A stretch of 64,000 nucleotides of DNA from Nitrososphaerota archaeon (GTDB lineage: Archaea; Thermoproteota; Nitrososphaeria_A; Caldarchaeales; Caldarchaeaceae). How positions within the stretch are numbered: the stretch's first letter is position 1; every line of letters starts with the position of its first letter. The notes under the pieces are model-generated. The model ran no database searches, was not told the DNA's origin, and worked only from the letters and a program-made list of their open reading frames with translations. Shown here one piece after another: positions 58,711 through 64,000 of this stretch. The translations under genes and the position numbers were made by a program. The DNA lies in contig JBEPYN010000002.1 of assembly GCA_041641305.1 (NCBI GenBank), positions 448,001-512,000 on the forward strand, read 5' to 3'.

Positions 58711-59700
58711 TTAAGCTGAAACGTTGGAAAGCATTAGTGCTGTTAGCTCCTTTATCGAAAGCCGCGGGTCCTTCAACTCCCTGACACCGAGAATTTCCTT
58801 GATGCGGTCGATTTTGCAGATAAACCTGTTTTTGTCGTCGGGTGTAAAGAGTGGTGGAAACCCTTTATCCACAACCTCAACCACTGGGCTGACCCTGCCG
58901 TTCGTCAACTGCTCCACAGCCTTCTTAACAATCTCAGCAAGCTCGATGACTGTGATCGGCTCGGGGTACACGAGGTTAAAGATGTTTCCAACCCCCCGTA
59001 AGCCGCCGTCAAAAATCCTCCTAATGACCAGCTCATAGACCTTGACAACGTCCTCAACATCCACATACAGGATTGGCCTATACATGCTGTTTCTGTACGG
59101 GGTAAGGGGCAGCCCCTTGACAGCGTTCTTTATGAAGATTTTCGCAGCGGTCTGCTCAGGCATTCCAGGCCCCAGAACCGTCCCAGTCCGTACCACCACA
59201 TACGCCTTATCCCTAAACATGTAACTAAATAACCTCACCACAGACTCCTGACACACCTTAGACAAGGCGTAAATTCTAGCCCTCTCCTCAACCTTGTCAG
59301 GCCTATACCCAAAATCCTCGTCAACAACCCCCATCAACCCCGTCTCCCCGATAGTATGCCAAGTACCCGCCTGAACCATACCCAAGCATGAAACACTCCT
59401 CGCCACAGCCTCACAAACATTCTGGGCACCTACCACGTTAACCTCATAACCGAGACGAGGCTCATCATTAATCCTTGGAATCTGAACAATAGCCGTGTTG
59501 ACCGCAACCCGGGCATCATCCAAAGCGTCGGAAACGGACTTCAAATCACGAACATCACACTCGAAGAACTCAGCATCAATCTGCTCTCTAGGCCTGACCA
59601 CATCCGCAATCCTGACCCTAAAACCAATACTTGACAAATGCTTGGCAACGGACGAGCCGATAAATCCCGCCCCGCCGAAAACCACTACATCAACAGTCAT
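58711..59700 (-). CDS. NAD-dependent epimerase/dehydratase
   Basis: VFGGAGFIG, YALSK. Confidence 0.9.
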   Translation of the reverse strand: MTVDVVVFGGAGFIGSSVAKHLSSIGFRVRIADVVRPREQIDAEFFECDVRDLKSVSDALDDARVAVNTAIVQIPRINDEPRLGYEVNVVGAQNVCEAVARSVSCLGMVQAGTWHTIGETGLMGVVDEDFGYRPDKVEERARIYALSKVCQESVVRLFSYMFRDKAYVVVRTGTVLGPGMPEQTAAKIFIKNAVKGLPLTPYRNSMYRPILYVDVEDVVKVYELVIRRIFDGGLRGVGNIFNLVYPEPITVIELAEIVKKAVEQLTNGRVSPVVEVVDKGFPPLFTPDDKNRFICKIDRIKEILGVRELKDPRLSIKELTALMLSNVSA

Positions 59701-59734
59701 AGAAGCCACGCTATAAAACCATGATTTAAATTGT

Positions 59735-60910
59735 TTACGCCCTGCGTTTACCCACCTCGTCCAAAACCCGGGCAATTTTTGGAACAATCACAGCATAGCT
59801 AAACTCTTTCTCAACATGTTGTCTCGCGTTTACCCCCATTTCTTTGCGTAAAGAATCGTCGGTAAGTAGCTTGTGTAAACGATCGGCCAACGCCGCTATG
59901 TCCCGGGGCTCCACAACGAAACCTGTAAAACCATCGACCACGGCCTCAGGTATTCCCGCAACCCTTGTCGCCACAGCAGGTCGGCCGCACGCCATCCCCT
60001 CCAGCAAAGCCCTCGGAATACCCTCACCCTCCCTCGTCGCATAAGCCACAACATCAGCTGACCTGAAGAGCATAGGCATCTCCCTGTTGGGAACCGGGCC
60101 CAAGAAAAAGACAGAATCAGCAAGACCCGGTTTCTCAACCATCTTAGCCAGTCGGCTCATATAGCCAGCTTCACCAGAACCAGCAATGGCCAAAACACAG
60201 TCACTATACTTGGCACTAACTATTTCGAAGGCTTGAACGAGGTCGCCCACACCTTTTTTCTCATTAACTCGTCCAACATAAAGTACGCATCTCCGTCCTC
60301 TCTTCAACGTCTCAAGCCGCTGACTTCTATCACCCCATGGATTAAACCTGTCAACATTCACAGCGTTATGTATGTAGATAACCTTAGAGACGTCAAGCTT
60401 CCGATGGTAGAGCAAAACCTCGGGAAGCATAAGCCTCGAATATAAAACAACTTTCTCACAAGCATCCAGAGCCCTTCTAAGAAACCATCTATAGAACCTC
60501 TCCTTTCCCTTAGCCTGCATCGGGTCGCCGAACAGCCAAGTTCCTGGGAGAACAAGAACGGACGGTATGCCAGCCAACTGTTTACCCATCCATATGGCTG
60601 AGAGCTCAGGTGGGCTAAAGGTCCTAACATAAACAACATCAACATCCCCTCCCTTCAGAACAGGTGTTAAACTATAGAAAACAATTTTAGTGGCTCCGTA
60701 CAACTTGGGAACCCTGAGAGCTGGAACCTTAACAATCTCCATGTTAGGGGGCAGGTCAAATCTACGTGATGCAACAGTATCGGATACAACAAAAAGATGA
60801 TCAACATATCTGCTGAGCATCAAATATTCTTCGAAATACTGTGCATGGAGGGATGGGGCATCCAGCCCTTCAACCCGGCCGATGAAAGTCAATACATTAA
60901 CCATAGACAT
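59735..60910 (-). CDS. GT4 glycosyltransferase
   Basis: YVGR...KG, EGIPRALLEGMACG. Confidence 0.92.
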   Translation of the reverse strand: MSMVNVLTFIGRVEGLDAPSLHAQYFEEYLMLSRYVDHLFVVSDTVASRRFDLPPNMEIVKVPALRVPKLYGATKIVFYSLTPVLKGGDVDVVYVRTFSPPELSAIWMGKQLAGIPSVLVLPGTWLFGDPMQAKGKERFYRWFLRRALDACEKVVLYSRLMLPEVLLYHRKLDVSKVIYIHNAVNVDRFNPWGDRSQRLETLKRGRRCVLYVGRVNEKKGVGDLVQAFEIVSAKYSDCVLAIAGSGEAGYMSRLAKMVEKPGLADSVFFLGPVPNREMPMLFRSADVVAYATREGEGIPRALLEGMACGRPAVATRVAGIPEAVVDGFTGFVVEPRDIAALADRLHKLLTDDSLRKEMGVNARQHVEKEFSYAVIVPKIARVLDEVGKRRA

Positions 60911-60967
60911 CGAGCGTGGAAATAACCACTAAATAAACCCTATAACAACAAGAAAAACCTTGATAAC

Positions 60968-61942
60968 CTATTGGGTCTTCAATATATTCGCGGCAAAACG
61001 CATATAGCTCAAAGCATACCTCTCTATCGATTCACTCCATTCAAATTTTGTTGCAACGATTTCGCGCGCTTTTTCAGCAATCTGTGTGCGTTTTTCTACA
61101 TCGTTCAGTAGCTGTGCTATTTTTTCGGCGAGAAGCTGGGGGTCTCTCCGCTTCACCAGTAGAACGCTTTCCCCGTCACGGAGCACCTCGGGAACTATTC
61201 CAACGGGTGTTGAGACACTGGGCGTCAGACATGCCGCGGCCTCGAAAACAGTTCTCGGCCCGCCTTCAAAATGGGAGGTGCACACAAAGACAGCGGCCTC
61301 GTTATAGTGTCTAACAACCTCATCCTCGGTAACCCATCCCAGAAACCTCACCACATCAGATACACCAAGCTGTTCAGCCAAGCGGCTCAACCGCGCTCTC
61401 TCGGGCCCATCACCGAGAACCTTAACCTCCAAATCATGAAAATCACGGCGGAGAATAGGAACCGACTCCAGCAAGAGCTCAAGACCCTTTTCAGGAACAA
61501 GCCGGGCCGCTGTCAAAACCATATGCCCCCTCCCAGAGGGTTTACTGAGAGGCTTGAAAAGGTCGAGCCTAATGTAGACCGAGGGGATCACGGAAACCTT
61601 CGAAACGCCGTTTGCTCTGAGATGAGAAGCGATGTTGTTGTTGACCGCGCGAACCATGTTGGACGACCTTAGGACAAACCAGGCAGCCAGCCTGTCTTTG
61701 CGGGGAAGAAAACCCTGCTCCAAGTAGGAACCATGCACCTCCGTGATGAGTGGAGCTCCTGACAGTTTTGCTTGCAGAAGGGCTGGGACCCCGACCCGGA
61801 GAGTAGGCTCCTGCGCAACCACCAGGTCATACCGTCTCAGCCTAGGCTTGAAGAAACCCGTCACAACCTCGACCTCGCCCCAGTATCTTCTCAAGTCCTC
61901 CAAAGCTATCGAAGGCTTTCTCCCAACCATCAATACTCTCAT
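60968..61942 (-). CDS. GT4 glycosyltransferase
   Basis: ARL..EKG, EGGPRTVFEAAAC. Confidence 0.9.
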   Translation of the reverse strand: MRVLMVGRKPSIALEDLRRYWGEVEVVTGFFKPRLRRYDLVVAQEPTLRVGVPALLQAKLSGAPLITEVHGSYLEQGFLPRKDRLAAWFVLRSSNMVRAVNNNIASHLRANGVSKVSVIPSVYIRLDLFKPLSKPSGRGHMVLTAARLVPEKGLELLLESVPILRRDFHDLEVKVLGDGPERARLSRLAEQLGVSDVVRFLGWVTEDEVVRHYNEAAVFVCTSHFEGGPRTVFEAAACLTPSVSTPVGIVPEVLRDGESVLLVKRRDPQLLAEKIAQLLNDVEKRTQIAEKAREIVATKFEWSESIERYALSYMRFAANILKTQ

Positions 61943-63258
61943 GAGCCGAGTCCTACCGCCGCAAACCTCACCCTCTCCGAAAACTCTGACGGGCTGTAAA
62001 CCCTTCTCCCATCAACCAGAACAGGCCGCCTCATCAGCTTTTCAAAGGTTCGAGGCCTTAATCTCCTGAACTCATCCCACTCCGTCGCCAATATACAGAC
62101 GTCAGCCCCTCTTAAACAGTCTTCCGCAGAACCTGCGTAAACCACTTTTTCACCAAGTATTTTTCTCACGTTATCCATGGCCACCGGGTCATACACCTTC
62201 ACCACACACTTTCTCTCCAGCAGTGCTTTGATTATTTTGAGCGCAACGGCTTCTCTCACATCGTCTGTGTTGGGTTTGAACGAGAGTCCGAGAACAGCCG
62301 CGGTCTTTCCCTCAAGGTTTCCAACCATTTTTTCAGCCAGTTCAATGGCTTTTAGGGGCTGGGACTCGTTAACCTTGTCGACGGCGTCCAGTATAAGTGG
62401 GTGCTCACCCATTTCCTCCGCAAACTTCTTCAAGGCTTTGACATCTTTGGGGAAGCAGCTTCCGCCGTATCCAAGTCCCGCGTTCAGGAAATAGGGGCCT
62501 ATACGTTTATCCAATCCAACCGCTTTCGCAACAACGGTGATGTCTGCTCCCGGGATGTGTTGGCAGATGTTTGCAACCTCGTTGATGAGGCTTATGCGTG
62601 CGGCGAGGAACGCGTTACTCGCATATTTTATCATCTCAGCGTTGACCGTGTTTGTCAAGATTGTTGGCGGCATCATACGCCGGTAAAATCCTTGATAAAG
62701 CTTGAGCAGTCTTCTCCCACCTTTCCCCCAGTCATCACCTATCACAATCCTGTCAGGATTAAATGTGTCTTGCACAGCGTTGCCTTCGCGGAGAAACTCA
62801 GGGTTGACGCAGAGAAAGAGCCCATCACCAACCGTCTTACCCGACGCGTTTTCCAGCTCTTTTTTCACAAGCCCCCGCGTCGTCCCGGGAACAACGGTGC
62901 TCCTCACAACAACTGTGCAGGATCTTCTGCGGCTGGCCAGGGCCTCCCCGAGACTATGTGAAGCTTCGGCGACATACGACAGGTTAATACCTCCATCGGG
63001 TTTCGAAGGTGTTCCGACAGAGATGAAAACAAAGTCCGCGTCACTTGCTTCGGCGTAATCGCTGCTGCAGCCAAAGTTATGCCTGCTTTTTTTCAGAAGT
63101 TTTTCGAGGCCAGGTTCCTTGAAGGGTGCTTTCCCGGCCTTGATTGTCTCGACTTTGTTTTGGTCAACGTCTATGCCCATAACCTTGAAGCCTCGGGAGG
63201 CAAGGCAGGCCGCTGTGGTGAGTCCAACATATCCGAGCCCGATGACGGCTATTTTCAT
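61939..63258 (-). CDS. ugd: UDP-glucose/GDP-mannose 6-dehydrogenase
   Basis: GLGYVG, NPEFLREG, GYGGSCFPKD, FKPNTDD.RE. Confidence 0.93.
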   Translation of the reverse strand: MKIAVIGLGYVGLTTAACLASRGFKVMGIDVDQNKVETIKAGKAPFKEPGLEKLLKKSRHNFGCSSDYAEASDADFVFISVGTPSKPDGGINLSYVAEASHSLGEALASRRRSCTVVVRSTVVPGTTRGLVKKELENASGKTVGDGLFLCVNPEFLREGNAVQDTFNPDRIVIGDDWGKGGRRLLKLYQGFYRRMMPPTILTNTVNAEMIKYASNAFLAARISLINEVANICQHIPGADITVVAKAVGLDKRIGPYFLNAGLGYGGSCFPKDVKALKKFAEEMGEHPLILDAVDKVNESQPLKAIELAEKMVGNLEGKTAAVLGLSFKPNTDDVREAVALKIIKALLERKCVVKVYDPVAMDNVRKILGEKVVYAGSAEDCLRGADVCILATEWDEFRRLRPRTFEKLMRRPVLVDGRRVYSPSEFSERVRFAAVGLGS

Positions 63259-64000
63259 GTTTCGCCGCCTCTGGTGTAACGATATGAAAGTGACAGTGCT
63301 TCCATGTATGTTTCGGGTGTTCCTATGTCTAGGCGGAGCTCTTTTTCATCGAGTTCGACCGCGAGTATGTTGCCGCCTGTGTCTATGAGTTTCTGGATTG
63401 CGTCGGTTAGCTGCAGCTCTCCTCCGGCGTCTTCGGGTGTGGCGTCAAGTGCTTTCATGATGTATGGTGTGAAGATGTAGAAGGGCATGATGGCGAGGTT
63501 GGAGGGCGGTGTCCTGGGTTTCTCAAAAACCTTGGATACGCGGTGAAGTCCTCCGCCGACCGGCTGTGAAACAACCACTCCATACTGCTGTGGGTTCTCT
63601 ACTTTCTGGACAAGGAGTGTTGCGTCGTACTCGTTCTTGGGCCCGGCTGCTATGAGGTTCTTGAGAAATTTGCCGTCCTTGCTGTAGATGTAGGTGTCTC
63701 CTGCGCAGAGAAGGAAGTTGTCGTCTCCGACGAAGTGGCGGGCTGTTTTCACGGCGTCTCCGAACCCGCGTGGAGCGGGCTGGCTCACCCAAACTATGAC
63801 TGATTCCTCCAGCATCTTGTAGAATGTGATGAGCTCTGAGACGGTTGAGTATTTGCCCATCTTATCCATTTTATCGATAAAGTCCCAGTCGGGTGTGAAG
63901 TGGTCCTCGATGGCTCTTTTGCCTCTGCCCACGACGAAGCAGAACTGTCTGAACCCGAAGGTGTAGAGCTGTTCAAACAGGGCCTGTAGGAGGGGCTTGA
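63255..64000 (-). CDS. Sugar-1-phosphate nucleotidyltransferase (GalU-like), 5' end outside window
   Basis: KPLLQ...VVGRGK.AIEDHF, Q..PRGFGDAV, EKP, GELQLTDAI, DIG. Confidence 0.9.
   Translation of the reverse strand, partial: KPLLQALFEQLYTFGFRQFCFVVGRGKRAIEDHFTPDWDFIDKMDKMGKYSTVSELITFYKMLEESVIVWVSQPAPRGFGDAVKTARHFVGDDNFLLCAGDTYIYSKDGKFLKNLIAAGPKNEYDATLLVQKVENPQQYGVVVSQPVGGGLHRVSKVFEKPRTPPSNLAIMPFYIFTPYIMKALDATPEDAGGELQLTDAIQKLIDTGGNILAVELDEKELRLDIGTPETYMEALSLSYRYTRGGET

Overview
Archaeal genomic DNA from a TACK-type thermophile. Gene order (smc-scpA-scpB-rps8e-srp19-gar1-tfb-tfeB, nop5-fibrillarin-rnhB) suggests Caldarchaeales/Aigarchaeota, by inference only. Bases 1 to ~14.97 kb are the right part of an integrated mobile element. 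It carries Ced/VirB-like transfer genes, a HerA/VirB4-like ATPase, an XPD-like helicase, a PriL-like primase subunit, a DNA methyltransferase, Zn-finger proteins and highly structured GC-rich intergenic regions. The main result is that four element genes that look broken in the ORF track each contain a short insert bounded by a bulge-helix-bulge (BHB) or bulge-helix-loop motif. Cutting at the canonical archaeal tRNA-splicing positions restores the frame each time, and in three cases rebuilds a conserved enzyme motif. These look like pre-mRNA introns in mobile-element genes. The element also ends in an IS110/TasR-like RuvC-Nop gene followed by a symmetric stem-loop with two 9-nt variable segments, resembling a tigRNA or bridge-type guide RNA. 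The rest of the window holds a truncated gatD, two VapBC modules, an intron-containing tRNA-Arg(CCG), housekeeping genes (hisS, pheST, uppS, smc-scpAB, RNA-modification genes) and a surface-polysaccharide cluster (49-64 kb). All calls come from manual reading; no searches were run.
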